From the IMG/VR virus record IMGVR_UViG_3300036770_001537: 64,000 nucleotides of DNA. One strand, written 5' to 3'. The notes under the pieces were generated by a model that did no database searches, was not told the DNA's origin, and was given only the letters and a program-made list of their open reading frames with translations. The DNA is from a virus. Each line of letters begins with the position of its first letter. Position 1 is the first letter of the stretch. The position numbers and the translations under genes were made by a program. This document shows, one piece after another, positions 29,573 to 39,515 of this stretch.

Positions 29573-30091
29573 TTATAGTCTTTGTATCTCAAAAAAGTCA
29601 TACCTAAATGTCACATCCATGACAATAGTATTATCAGCATTGTTTTTGGTATCAAACTGAATACCAGATAGAGCATATGGATGGCAGTTCTTAAATAAGA
29701 TACGTATATTCTGTATATTAGAGTTTGTATTGATCGTCAGGACTGCATCATGATATGGCGTCTTTTGTTCGTTATAGAATCTAATATACTGAGCGTAATC
29801 TTGTGGTTTGGTTAATGCTACCAACCAATCATGAGTTTCTTCCCATGTTCTAAGGTCTTCATCTACGATTGCTGTTATATTAAATTGATCATATACCAAT
29901 GTATCACCATGCCTAAACATATTGGCAAATGGTGAAGGCACCTGAACTGGTGATGTTGATATGCCTGGAATTTCTGCCGTTTGAGCAAAATACCGCAAGA
30001 AAGGCATTGTAGGAAACGAGAATGTAAATTTAGTTGCTTGTAGAAAACTGGTGTTTTCTGGAATCTTAGTTAATACTGATTGATTTGACAT
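29573..30091 (-). CDS. gp3: Tail completion/tube terminator
   Basis: NTSFLQATKFTF, AEIPGIS, VDEDLRTWEETHDWL, VTFRY. Confidence 0.85.
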   Translation of the reverse strand: MSNQSVLTKIPENTSFLQATKFTFSFPTMPFLRYFAQTAEIPGISTSPVQVPSPFANMFRHGDTLVYDQFNITAIVDEDLRTWEETHDWLVALTKPQDYAQYIRFYNEQKTPYHDAVLTINTNSNIQNIRILFKNCHPYALSGIQFDTKNNADNTIVMDVTFRYDFFEIQRL

Positions 30092-31197
30092 TACTTCCTC
30101 ATATTTGCTTCTTTGCCATTTGGATGCCAGTCCCATAAATCTCGATGGTGATATTTTATTGTGGCTAATACTAGAGGATCATTTTCTCTGTTATCTAGCA
30201 ATTTTTCTGCAATATGTGAATGGCTTGCTGCTGCTGCACGCACTTGTTCATCAGGATGTTTATGTAAAACTTCTGCATGTTCGGGATGATGATTGGCTAT
30301 TGCAGCAAGAACTGTTGGCGATCTTTCTGGTTTCTTGGTGAAAAACATACCTTTACCTGGATTCATATATTTGTCGGCAACAGATTCCCATTTGGCTGCT
30401 GCTGCTCTTACATCATCTGATGGATGGTCTATAAACTCATGTGCGAGTGTTTCTGAGCCTTCTACGATTCTTCTTTTAATTCTTTTAGATGCATCAGATG
30501 TACCAGGAGATTTTTTCATATATGTGCGAAGACTATCTTCATCTTCAAATAATTTACCATATTTTGATTTTTTAAGTGCAGGAATATCTTTCAGTTCTGG
30601 ATGTTTTTTGGTAAGATCAAGTAAACTAACTTCATTATCTCTTGAATCTCTTGCTATACCGCCTTCACCTTCATGATAGGCATATACTCCTGATGGTGTA
30701 TGGATAGTATACATATGATTTCTTTCACCCGGTTCGGCATTTGCATCCCTATAATGCTCGAAAGCATTTTCCTTACCTGTGGCAGCAACACACCAATTAG
30801 TCTTTCCTCCACCATAATTTTTGATACATGCTTCTTTGGTATCAACTCTATTTACTTTGATATTATCACTTTCATGGACGGGAACAACAGCATTTTCTTG
30901 TTGTTTCTTAAACTCTCTTTTTCTCAAGTGAAACGTCACATTTTTACTCAAACTATCATAATTTTCATATGAGTTAATGTCTCTGTCATCTTTGTGCATG
31001 ATGTCTTTTACAGAATGAAAGTCTTCTATTGTCTTTGCTACTTCTTTCATATCTGCATCTGGAGGAATATTTTTACCTAACCATTCACCATATGAAGATA
31101 GATGTTTCTTTGGAAGTTCAGATAAGTGAGGATATTTTTCTATAATATCCTTGGCTCTTGCTTCTGTCAGGTATGTGTATTCTTTGAATCTTAACAT
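30091..31197 (-). CDS. Hypothetical protein, candidate internal head protein with HEAT-like C-terminal repeats
   Basis: MLRFKEY..LTE start; YGGGKTNWCVA; HPSDDVRAAAA and HPDEQVRAAAA repeats. Confidence 0.6.
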   Translation of the reverse strand: MLRFKEYTYLTEARAKDIIEKYPHLSELPKKHLSSYGEWLGKNIPPDADMKEVAKTIEDFHSVKDIMHKDDRDINSYENYDSLSKNVTFHLRKREFKKQQENAVVPVHESDNIKVNRVDTKEACIKNYGGGKTNWCVAATGKENAFEHYRDANAEPGERNHMYTIHTPSGVYAYHEGEGGIARDSRDNEVSLLDLTKKHPELKDIPALKKSKYGKLFEDEDSLRTYMKKSPGTSDASKRIKRRIVEGSETLAHEFIDHPSDDVRAAAAKWESVADKYMNPGKGMFFTKKPERSPTVLAAIANHHPEHAEVLHKHPDEQVRAAAASHSHIAEKLLDNRENDPLVLATIKYHHRDLWDWHPNGKEANMRK

Positions 31198-31439
31198 TAG
31201 TTGATTACCTTATAAAAGTCAGCATTGACATATTCTGAAGTATTACCAACACTCACTTGAACTTCTTTGATTACTGCATCAATATTATCTTTCCAGTAGT
31301 TTAGAAACTTATGCACTCTTGGCATATCTGGAACAATGTCTTCACACTGCCAATAAAATTCATTTAGTAGATTAGTGTAGTCTGGTATATAATATATTAC
31401 GCCTACTAATATGAGTTCTTTTTTGCGAAGAATAATTAT
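31197..31439 (-). CDS. Usg-family protein
   Basis: IYYIPDY..LLNEFYWQCEDIVPDMPRVHKFLNYW...I..V; probable ATA start after GGAGG. Confidence 0.75.
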   Translation of the reverse strand: MIILRKKELILVGVIYYIPDYTNLLNEFYWQCEDIVPDMPRVHKFLNYWKDNIDAVIKEVQVSVGNTSEYVNADFYKVIN

Positions 31440-32737
31440 GTTACTTCCTCCCAATCTATTGTTCCTGAAGCATCATCACCAGCAGTTCCTGCCATTCCTG
31501 CAAGTGTTAGAACTTCTGGTGTATTTGTCAGACCATTTCTTGATAGCTGATATTTGAAAAGAGCATCTTTGTCTAATGATACTAATGCAGATGTTTGATT
31601 GGTTATTCCTACTAAACCTTGTTGAACAACAGTTCCGCCAGAGATAGAATTTGCTACCATATTATATTCTACAGGAGAATCTGATGCAGCAGATGTGAAT
31701 ACGGTATTTCCGCCAAGTGTTCCACCAGAGATCAGAGCATATTTGGCTCTACCATTATTTCCTTCTGCAAGGAATGAAATGTTTGTTGGAATCACAATAG
31801 AATCTAATTGGTCTGCTTTCAATCGTATTGAAACTATTGGATACCATATACCAGCAGTTGCCATATCAATGACAGAATTTGCAGGGGTTCCGATTGATCT
31901 TGGCTTTCCTCTTAATTCATAACCGCCTTCTGACACTACAGAAGAACATACTTGTTTGAGAGTAGAATTGTTTGCCGTTGTGTCGGTATTTGTAATTTCA
32001 AGTCTAACTGGAAGACAAGCAGTAGTCATATATGGACCATCTACAATATTTGCATGATGGAATGAATGACAATGAATCAATTGACCGTTGATAACAAACC
32101 CACAACGAACTGTTCCAAGACCAAGCCATTCAATATCAATAAACATAATCTGTGCTTTGGTAATATCTAATGTCAAACCGGATGGACCTGCTCCATCTAA
32201 TTTATCATAATTCCAATCTGCTTGTTCAACTGGAGTATCAGTTGGTGTGCTTGTAGAATTGCTTCTTTTGACAAATGATAATGTTGAACCATCAAGTTCC
32301 AAGAATATTCCGTTTCTAGTATCAAAGTATCCAACTCTTTGTCTCAATCCTTCTTTTGCAGGATTCATAATAAATGTTTGTAGAATCTGTAGAGATTTTC
32401 CTGGCTGGTATGCAAACACCCTTCTAGTTTCACGAATAACTTCTGCTCCGGATGAAGTATTAACACTCATTGAAAATGCAGCAGTATTTGCAGTATATGA
32501 ATATGTTCCACCACCAGTATTGGCAGTATGAAATTTACCGTTTGGGTCATAACGATGTTGTGAATCAAATAATGTTAGTGGTGTTGAAACTCTTGCACGA
32601 CCAAAGGCATCTACAGCCATGCCTGAAGGATTGGCTGCACCGACTAAATTACCATATTGATCTGCCAACATAACTGCTTCAAATATAGTAGTTTCTTGTG
32701 GAAGATAACGATATGTGTCTTTTCTAAATTGTGCCAT
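31436..32737 (-). CDS. Conserved phage structural-type protein
   Basis: DAFGRARVSTPLTLFDS, YQPGKS, EWLGLGTVRCGF; late promoter upstream. Confidence 0.6.
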   Translation of the reverse strand: MAQFRKDTYRYLPQETTIFEAVMLADQYGNLVGAANPSGMAVDAFGRARVSTPLTLFDSQHRYDPNGKFHTANTGGGTYSYTANTAAFSMSVNTSSGAEVIRETRRVFAYQPGKSLQILQTFIMNPAKEGLRQRVGYFDTRNGIFLELDGSTLSFVKRSNSTSTPTDTPVEQADWNYDKLDGAGPSGLTLDITKAQIMFIDIEWLGLGTVRCGFVINGQLIHCHSFHHANIVDGPYMTTACLPVRLEITNTDTTANNSTLKQVCSSVVSEGGYELRGKPRSIGTPANSVIDMATAGIWYPIVSIRLKADQLDSIVIPTNISFLAEGNNGRAKYALISGGTLGGNTVFTSAASDSPVEYNMVANSISGGTVVQQGLVGITNQTSALVSLDKDALFKYQLSRNGLTNTPEVLTLAGMAGTAGDDASGTIDWEEVT

Positions 32738-32783
32738 TATACCATCTCTTATTTTGAGTTATCATGTATATTTATAAAACCAC

Positions 32784-32811
32784 AAAAAAAGAGGGGATTT
32801 CTCCCCTCTTT
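32784..32811 (-). terminator. Terminator after gp23
   Basis: AAAGAGGGGA/TCCCCTCTTT stem with a T-run. Confidence 0.85.
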
Positions 32812-32841
32812 AGTATTTTATTGTTCTTATTATTAACAGAA

Positions 32842-34182
32842 TTATGTGAGGTTACGGACTCTGAAAATTCTGTAGTAGATGTTTGCGTTGTTGGCATTGG
32901 TGTTACGTGGAGCAACAGCACCATCACCAGCAGCAGTAGCAAATGGGTTAGCAACCATACCATAACGGGTTTTGAAGCCGATCTTTGGTTGGAAGGTGTC
33001 TTGACCGATTGCACGAACCATTTGTAGTGGAACGTATGGGCAATAGAATAGACCAGCGTCATAAGGTGATGTACCTTTATAACCAACTGTGCAGAGTTCA
33101 TCGCCATTAGCGGAACCACCGAAATATGGATCGATATAAACTTTGATTCGGCCATGTAGTGTGCCAGCAAAGGTATTACCTGTGTCGTCAACAACTAGAT
33201 CGGCTTGTAGAGCAGGTGTATAATCGAGAACACCAGCCATTGCAAGAGCAGAAGCAACGTCTGAAGAAACGATTAGGGTATTGCCCTTCCCTCTACGTGT
33301 TGCACGAGCAATAGCGTTGCATTCACGTTCGATTTGGAAAACCATACCTTTGAACTTTTCAACTGACCAACGGCCATTTGAATCTGTATCAAGATCGAAT
33401 GTACCAGCAGATGTAACACCATATTGTGCACCAACTGTAGCAGAAGAATAGATTGTACGAACTACTTCACGATTGATTTCAGCAAGAATTTCTGTTGAAA
33501 GAATGTTAGCTAGTTCGGTTTCTGCATCAAGACCGTGAACTGCTTTGAGGTCTTGTGCTAGTTCCATTGTGTACTCTGCTTTTAGAGCACGGCTACGGGC
33601 AGTAACAGTAACCTTGTCGATGTTGAATGCCATTTCAGCAAATTGATTTGTTGAAACGTCACCGAGTGCTTCTGCTTGACCAGTTGTCATGCCACGGCCA
33701 TAGCCATAAACGTCGTCGTCACCTAGAGCAAAAACTGGGTTTGTGTTGGCAAATGAACCACGGACGTTACCATTAGCACCGAGAGCATTTGTACCAGAGA
33801 AAGCAGTATTTGCTTCGTTGAATAGTGCTTCTGTGCCAGTTTGATTCTTGTAACGTGAACGCATTGCGAAAATTAGTCCTGTTGGACCAGTCATAGGCTG
33901 AACACCACAGATGTCATAAGCAATGAGGTTTGGTAGTGCACGACGAACTAGTGAGATAAGAATTGGATCGTATGCAGCAATGTTTGTGCCTGAACCAAGA
34001 CCACCACCAGCATTTGTTGGTGCGGTTTCATTTAGTTGGCGTGATTCTTCAGCCATTGCTTTTTCTTGGTTCTCAAGAATGATAGCAGTAACTGCACGAC
34101 GATATGGGTCTTTAATTTTTGAAAGACCGTCGTGGTCGAGAACTGGGGACCACTTATTTTCTAGGGCTTCTGAAAGATACAT
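32842..34182 (-). CDS. gp23: Major capsid protein
   Basis: LIAYDICGVQPMTGPTGLIFAMR, ELAQDLKAVHGLDAE, FQPKIGFKTRYG. Confidence 0.99.
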   Translation of the reverse strand: MYLSEALENKWSPVLDHDGLSKIKDPYRRAVTAIILENQEKAMAEESRQLNETAPTNAGGGLGSGTNIAAYDPILISLVRRALPNLIAYDICGVQPMTGPTGLIFAMRSRYKNQTGTEALFNEANTAFSGTNALGANGNVRGSFANTNPVFALGDDDVYGYGRGMTTGQAEALGDVSTNQFAEMAFNIDKVTVTARSRALKAEYTMELAQDLKAVHGLDAETELANILSTEILAEINREVVRTIYSSATVGAQYGVTSAGTFDLDTDSNGRWSVEKFKGMVFQIERECNAIARATRRGKGNTLIVSSDVASALAMAGVLDYTPALQADLVVDDTGNTFAGTLHGRIKVYIDPYFGGSANGDELCTVGYKGTSPYDAGLFYCPYVPLQMVRAIGQDTFQPKIGFKTRYGMVANPFATAAGDGAVAPRNTNANNANIYYRIFRVRNLT

Positions 34183-34210
34183 TTTTGTTATTCTCCTTAT
34201 AGGGTTTTTA

Positions 34211-35455
34211 TTATCTTGGTAATTTTTTACCTAAAGTTCTTACATAAGCAGCCATTGGGCCACTCAATTCTTCAGTTAACACTTTTCCATCTGATGGTTC
34301 TACTGGATCAAGTGCGTCTAGTCTATTCACTGGCTTAGTGAAATAGCCTTCACGGAGGGTGGCTACTTTACCAGCAAACTCGTCTGGTGATGTGAAGTTT
34401 ACATTTTCAGCGAGAGTTAGTAGTTTCTCAGCTTCTGTGTTTGTTAGACCTTCACATGCATTAGAGATGATTTCGTGCTTGAGAGATTCGTTAAGTGTTT
34501 TTGTTAGTTCAACATTCTTGGAAATCTCTTCGTTGAGTTGGTTTTCTAGTGCTTCAACTCTTGAGCCTAGTTCTTCAACTACAGATACTTTGTCTTCTGG
34601 AACATCAATGTAGTTTTCTGCAAATAGTGTCTTAAGGCCAGAAATAAATTCTTCGGTGATTTCTGTGCGAAGACCTGTTTCAATGGCAACTTCATTTTCA
34701 GCTACCCATTGTTCGACAACATATGATAGATATGAATCGACTTGTTCTGTAAGTTGTTCCATGATAGCAGAAACTTCTTCTTCAAGAGATTTTGCATATG
34801 CTTCTTCAAGAACAGAAACTTCTTCTTGGACTCGTGTTAGAACGGCAGACTCAAAGATTGTTTCAGCTTTGGCACGGAAATCTTCTGATAGGTTTTCACC
34901 AGCAAGAAGGGCATCAACGTGCTCTTTCATTGTTTCTTTATTCATATGTGAAGACTCGTCCATTTCTTTCTTGTCTTCTTTTTCATCTTCTTTTTCGTCT
35001 TCGTCTTTTTCTTCTACGATTTCAAAGTTTTCAGCAATTGCTTCTGCAATCTCATCTTCTGAGTAACCTTCTTCAATCATCTCGTTGATGAATGCTTCTA
35101 GTTCTTCAGAAATTTCTACTTCTTCGTCTTCCATAATTGATGCCTGTTGTGTTGGTTTTTCAGCAGGAACGGCAGATTGGGCAGAACGAGAATTATCTTT
35201 ACCCATCTTTGCAGCAGCCTTGGCTGAAGGTGGAACATCTGTATTGTTTACCAATGCTGGACCCAAATCTTCAGCAGCTTCTGCACCACCGGGAGCATTT
35301 GATCCAGGATTAGCAAATCTGCCTTCTACGGACCTTGAACCGGGATGTAATGTCTGCATATTAGGTGTCATAGACTTTGCACCACGATCTGGCGTAGGAT
35401 CATCAGATTCTTTCATTAGAATCTGCTTTGCTGTTTCTGTTAATGACTTAGCCAT
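34211..35455 (-). CDS. gp22: Prohead core scaffold
   Basis: Acidic coiled-coil; FRAKAETIFESAV, YLSYVVEQW, MAAYV. Confidence 0.93.
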   Translation of the reverse strand: MAKSLTETAKQILMKESDDPTPDRGAKSMTPNMQTLHPGSRSVEGRFANPGSNAPGGAEAAEDLGPALVNNTDVPPSAKAAAKMGKDNSRSAQSAVPAEKPTQQASIMEDEEVEISEELEAFINEMIEEGYSEDEIAEAIAENFEIVEEKDEDEKEDEKEDKKEMDESSHMNKETMKEHVDALLAGENLSEDFRAKAETIFESAVLTRVQEEVSVLEEAYAKSLEEEVSAIMEQLTEQVDSYLSYVVEQWVAENEVAIETGLRTEITEEFISGLKTLFAENYIDVPEDKVSVVEELGSRVEALENQLNEEISKNVELTKTLNESLKHEIISNACEGLTNTEAEKLLTLAENVNFTSPDEFAGKVATLREGYFTKPVNRLDALDPVEPSDGKVLTEELSGPMAAYVRTLGKKLPR

Positions 35456-35493
35456 TATAGTTAACTCCTTTTTTATTTTAGTATTTATAATTC

Positions 35494-36129
35494 TTACAAT
35501 TTTGAGATAGCAGAAAATCCCTTATGGTGTTTTCTTTTTCCAGTTGTAGTAGAATATAAATGCGACTGTGACAATTCATATATTCTACAAAATTCATTCA
35601 TATTAAAAATTTCTTCTTTGTGTCCATCCGGAAAAGTTATAATATACCATTTAGATTTACTGTTTCCTATGTTCTTTTTATGGTTAGAACTTCTCTCGGG
35701 TTTCTTTTTGTTTATATTCGCAGCAGATATTTTATCTTTTTGCTCTTGTGTCATAGGAGGTCTGCGTCTCATTCTCAAAGCATTAGATATTTTTTCTTTT
35801 GCTTTTTCTGAATTTGGTATACCTAATCTAGAAGGAGGTCTTAAGTCTACACCAACTCTATTCGTGATATGTTTTCCAAACATACTGTGACAAATTTTTA
35901 TCATATGATATTCTAGATCATATGCATATTTTTCATCATCTATATTTTCAACAATATATGTAACTCTAGGTTCGTGACCGAGCATTCTTATATTATTTAT
36001 TGTTGATAGTTTTTTCAAATTATTTTTATCTCTACCATTAATATGCGTATATGCTCTATCGCCCTTTCCTTTGCCGATGTAAAAAGGAATATTATTAATA
36101 GGGTCTACTAGTGCATATACATAATACAT
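35494..36129 (-). mobile_element. GIY-YIG-like homing endonuclease
   Basis: YYVYALVDP..PFYIGKGKGDR; NUMOD3-like repeats; KRKHHKG. Confidence 0.85.
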
Positions 36130-36130
36130 A

Positions 36131-36787
36131 TTAAATACTTTTTATGAGATTTTCAAACAATATAAGAGATTTTTCTTCAATTTGTCTCCTAGAAAATGTT
36201 TTTATTTGCTTTCTTGTCTGTTCGACATATCTTTGGTGCCATTTTCCAGTAAGATTATCTAACCACCAGTCGTAGTTCTCCATAATACCTTCAACAAATG
36301 CGTTTGGAGCAGAAGGGTCTGCGACGATATCTGCTGCTGTAGCAAGTTTGTAATCATCTTGAACTAATTGATAACCATTATGTGGCTTTAGTGAACCTAC
36401 ACCTCTTGTTGAAACACCTAAATTAGCACCAGAGTCTAATAGACCTTTCACTATATTTCCCATAGGAGTATCTACAATTTTAGCTTTGCCTATGAAATTA
36501 TTTCCATCTGGACGAAGACTTGTAATCATATGTGAAACTCTATCCAGATTGATCGTTGGATTATCAGGATGACCAAGTTCTCCATATGCACGATTCTTAT
36601 TTACATACTCAGAGTTGTATCTGTCTACTTCTTTATTTAGTGTAGCAAAAGGATATACTCTGCCGTTTTTATTCTTTTGATCTGCTTGCATGAAGATGCC
36701 AGAAATATGATAAGACTTCTTACCACTTTCTTTATTGTCTTCTATGAGATATTTGATCTCTGAGATTTCTTCTGAAATTAATTTCAT
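36131..36787 (-). CDS. gp21: Prohead protease
   Basis: NKNGRVY, GELGHP, LGVSTRGVGS, DIVADPSAP. Confidence 0.97.
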   Translation of the reverse strand: MKLISEEISEIKYLIEDNKESGKKSYHISGIFMQADQKNKNGRVYPFATLNKEVDRYNSEYVNKNRAYGELGHPDNPTINLDRVSHMITSLRPDGNNFIGKAKIVDTPMGNIVKGLLDSGANLGVSTRGVGSLKPHNGYQLVQDDYKLATAADIVADPSAPNAFVEGIMENYDWWLDNLTGKWHQRYVEQTRKQIKTFSRRQIEEKSLILFENLIKSI

Positions 36788-36791
36788 TTGT

Positions 36792-37034
36792 TTAGAATCC
36801 TAATCTTTTTCTTTTGAGGATAGACCTTTTTCTTTTCATGATGATTCTAGCCATTTTAGGTCTTTTTTTAATCTTTGCTCTCTTTTGGCCGAGTCTTCTA
36901 TTGCGTCTTTCAGCAACAGTCATTTTTGTCATCTTGCCACCACGGAGAGTATAGCCGGGAACATTAGACACTTTCTTTCGTCTTTGAACTTGTCCATTTC
37001 TAATTCTAAGTTTGACTAATTTAACTCGTGCCAT
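36792..37034 (-). CDS. Very basic small prohead-core-like protein (gp68-like position)
   Basis: K/R-rich; immediately upstream of gp21. Confidence 0.55.
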   Translation of the reverse strand: MARVKLVKLRIRNGQVQRRKKVSNVPGYTLRGGKMTKMTVAERRNRRLGQKRAKIKKRPKMARIIMKRKRSILKRKRLGF

Positions 37035-37336
37035 TATTGTCTTCTTTTCGCTGCCAATTTCATTTTCTTGCGTTTCTTTTTCAGGTAATTATATACAGCC
37101 ACATTATCAAGACTAGATCGATTTGCCTTTTTAGAAACTTCTACTGTCTTTTTAGACTTATCTTCCTCATCTTCTTCATCATCTTTTTTCTTATCTTTTT
37201 TTGCTTCATAGAGGAATGCAGAAATCATCTTTTTCTTTTCTTCCAACTTAGACTCGACAAGTGAAGCAACTTTGAAGTCAAATTCTTTTTTGGCTTCAAT
37301 AAGGTTTTTATCTATGATGTTTTGAATAAATTTCAT
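37034..37336 (-). CDS. Prohead-core-like protein
   Basis: FIQNIIDKNLIEAKKEF...LEEKK; head-module position. Confidence 0.5.
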   Translation of the reverse strand: MKFIQNIIDKNLIEAKKEFDFKVASLVESKLEEKKKMISAFLYEAKKDKKKDDEEDEEDKSKKTVEVSKKANRSSLDNVAVYNYLKKKRKKMKLAAKRRQ

Positions 37337-37854
37337 AGTGAGTATGGTCCTCTATTGAATGCTGCTGGGTCTGCGGTTTGTCCTTGATCGTAATCACCGC
37401 TTTCTTTTCTAACTTCAACGAAAAGAGTAAAGTTGTCATTGGCTTTCATACCATAAGTAGAGATTAGAATATCGCCAGAACTATTTGCCTCTGGATTTGG
37501 GAATGTGCCGTGACCAACTCCTCCCCATGCTTCACCAGAATAATCAAATGAATCGTTGGATACTACAATGATTTCTGAGTTGGAATCACCATGCCACTGT
37601 AATTTAAGGTATCCTGTAGAATCTGGGCCAATGTTAGTTGCTCCCTTGATTCTGCTGATTGTTGTTCTGTATGTTGATTTTTGGTCCGTATCAGATGTCA
37701 TGATGTAACCATTGGCATTTAGTGCATATGCTAATGTTGAAACATCTATTAGTGTGGCATTTGAAAATTGTGTGCCATCAGAAACACAAACAAACTTAAT
37801 CAATGCTCGTCTGTTTGTATCAACAATTCTATGTTCTCTTAGTAAATTTGCCAT
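37333..37854 (-). CDS. Hypothetical head-module protein
   Basis: Full ORF ending GQTADPAAFN. Confidence 0.55.
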   Translation of the reverse strand: MANLLREHRIVDTNRRALIKFVCVSDGTQFSNATLIDVSTLAYALNANGYIMTSDTDQKSTYRTTISRIKGATNIGPDSTGYLKLQWHGDSNSEIIVVSNDSFDYSGEAWGGVGHGTFPNPEANSSGDILISTYGMKANDNFTLFVEVRKESGDYDQGQTADPAAFNRGPYSL

Positions 37855-37855
37855 A

Positions 37856-39331
37856 TTAATGCCTAACTATAAAATTGATTGCTTGTTTGAATGATGTAAT
37901 ATCTTCAGACAACATTCTCTCGATTTTCTTCTTGTTATCTTCGTTGAGAGAATTGTAAATCTTCATTACTTTTTTTGCTGTTCCTTTATTTATAGTAACA
38001 GAGTTTTCATCAGAAAAATGAATAACACTTTCTGAGAGAGACTTGCTCTTGGAAAGTTTTTTGATTAGTGATAGGTTGGATTCCCACATATTTCTTTTTG
38101 CTGTTGGAGAAGAATATGTTGCTGGTTGTTGTGTATTATATGCAGCTACTTGTTGTGCTACTACAGTTGGATCGTTAGTTGCTTGCTGCCCACCACCATA
38201 CACTCTACCTAAATTACTGGCACCAGCTTGAACTTCACCTCTTCTTGTGAATCCATATACAGTTTGATCTGTTTGTTTTTTTACTCCCGATAAATCAACA
38301 TCACCAATAGCTTTTGCAGCAGCTTTAATACCTTTACCAACTAATTTCATAAGCCTACCTGCTTTTGATCTACCTGCACCTTTAAGAGCACCTTTAGCCA
38401 AAGCTCCGGCACCGGCTTTTTTCCCTAAACCTTTAGCTACCATTTTAGCTGCTTGAACGCCTTTAACTGCACCTTTTGCAACACTTAATCCAGCGGCACC
38501 AGGAATTGCTAAACTGCCCCACTCACCAGCAGAGGATGCTGTTGGATTTTCTTTTTCATATTTTTCAGGATCGCCGCCCAATGCTTTAGCGGCAGTATCA
38601 CTTAATCCAAAAGTTGCACCTCTTGCTACACCATAACCAAATGCCTTTGTCCTATCTTGCCAATTATCCCCTTCATTTAATTTATTTTCTCTAATTTGTT
38701 GAAGATTTCTTTTAAATCTGTTGGGAGATTCTTCTTTCAATTTCATGCCGGGAGCAAATTTCAATCTTGGATTTTCAGGCTCGTTCTGCTTCATATTTTT
38801 GAGAATATCAGAAGTATCAACATCCTTCTGCATTTCTCTGGCAGATGGAGATTTGGCATTTCCACTTGGAATCTTATTACCATCTTCTGGGCTTACTTTG
38901 GTATCAACACTCTCATTCATAGTCATACCTAATGGCTCACCTTTAGGTCCATATGGAATAGAGATATATCTGTCTAATGATTGTGAATAATACAATGCTA
39001 CTTTTTGATTATCGGGATACACTCTAATAGCCTTTCTTTTTAGGATTATGACTGTAGGTAGTTCTTGTTCGGTATGCTTACCAGAAAATCTTTTATCATA
39101 CTTACTCAGATGGTCTTGCTTTTCACATAGAATTTCTTCTGTCAAAACATCAGTAAATTCTTTCAGTGCTTTCGCTTCAGCCATAGTCATGTTATTAGGA
39201 TTTTTATTCAATGCTCTTTTGATAAGATTCAATCGTTTTTCTTCAAACAAACCAACTTCTGCCAATAAATCAATATTATCGGCTAAATCAACTTTATCGG
39301 CTTCTGATAGAATTTGTTTGATTGTCTTCAT
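37856..39331 (-). CDS. Hypothetical head-module protein with a G/A/K-rich central segment
   Basis: MKTIKQILSE start; VARGATFGLSD...GSLAIPGAAGL segment. Confidence 0.6.
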   Translation of the reverse strand: MKTIKQILSEADKVDLADNIDLLAEVGLFEEKRLNLIKRALNKNPNNMTMAEAKALKEFTDVLTEEILCEKQDHLSKYDKRFSGKHTEQELPTVIILKRKAIRVYPDNQKVALYYSQSLDRYISIPYGPKGEPLGMTMNESVDTKVSPEDGNKIPSGNAKSPSAREMQKDVDTSDILKNMKQNEPENPRLKFAPGMKLKEESPNRFKRNLQQIRENKLNEGDNWQDRTKAFGYGVARGATFGLSDTAAKALGGDPEKYEKENPTASSAGEWGSLAIPGAAGLSVAKGAVKGVQAAKMVAKGLGKKAGAGALAKGALKGAGRSKAGRLMKLVGKGIKAAAKAIGDVDLSGVKKQTDQTVYGFTRRGEVQAGASNLGRVYGGGQQATNDPTVVAQQVAAYNTQQPATYSSPTAKRNMWESNLSLIKKLSKSKSLSESVIHFSDENSVTINKGTAKKVMKIYNSLNEDNKKKIERMLSEDITSFKQAINFIVRH

Positions 39332-39480
39332 TATTTCTTACCAAAAAAATCTTGTGCTACTACGATCTTCTTTTCTTCTAGTCTTTGAGCAACCTTTTGC
39401 TTGATGACCTTCTCAAAGTTTTCTTTCATTGCTGAATATTTTTCATCAAGCATGTTCATAATGGCTTCTTTAATATGCAT
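39331..39480 (-). CDS. Small prohead core protein (gp67-like), 49 aa
   Basis: Below the ORF-track cutoff: MHIKEAIMNMLDEKYSAMKENFEKVIKQKVAQRLEEKKIVVAQDFFGKK; AGGAG SD and late promoter. Confidence 0.7.
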   Translation of the reverse strand: MHIKEAIMNMLDEKYSAMKENFEKVIKQKVAQRLEEKKIVVAQDFFGKK

Positions 39481-39515
39481 TTAACTCTCCTTGTAAAGAT
39501 ACAGTTATATTTATA

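Noticed and set aside
32772-33194. 140-aa alternative-frame ORF overlapping the gp23 3' end
   Set aside because: No SD or recognisable motif, and it runs through the terminator; no slippery site identified
35494-36129. Group I introns around the endonuclease genes
   Set aside because: Flanking genes are complete ORFs and the spacers are too short for an intron core
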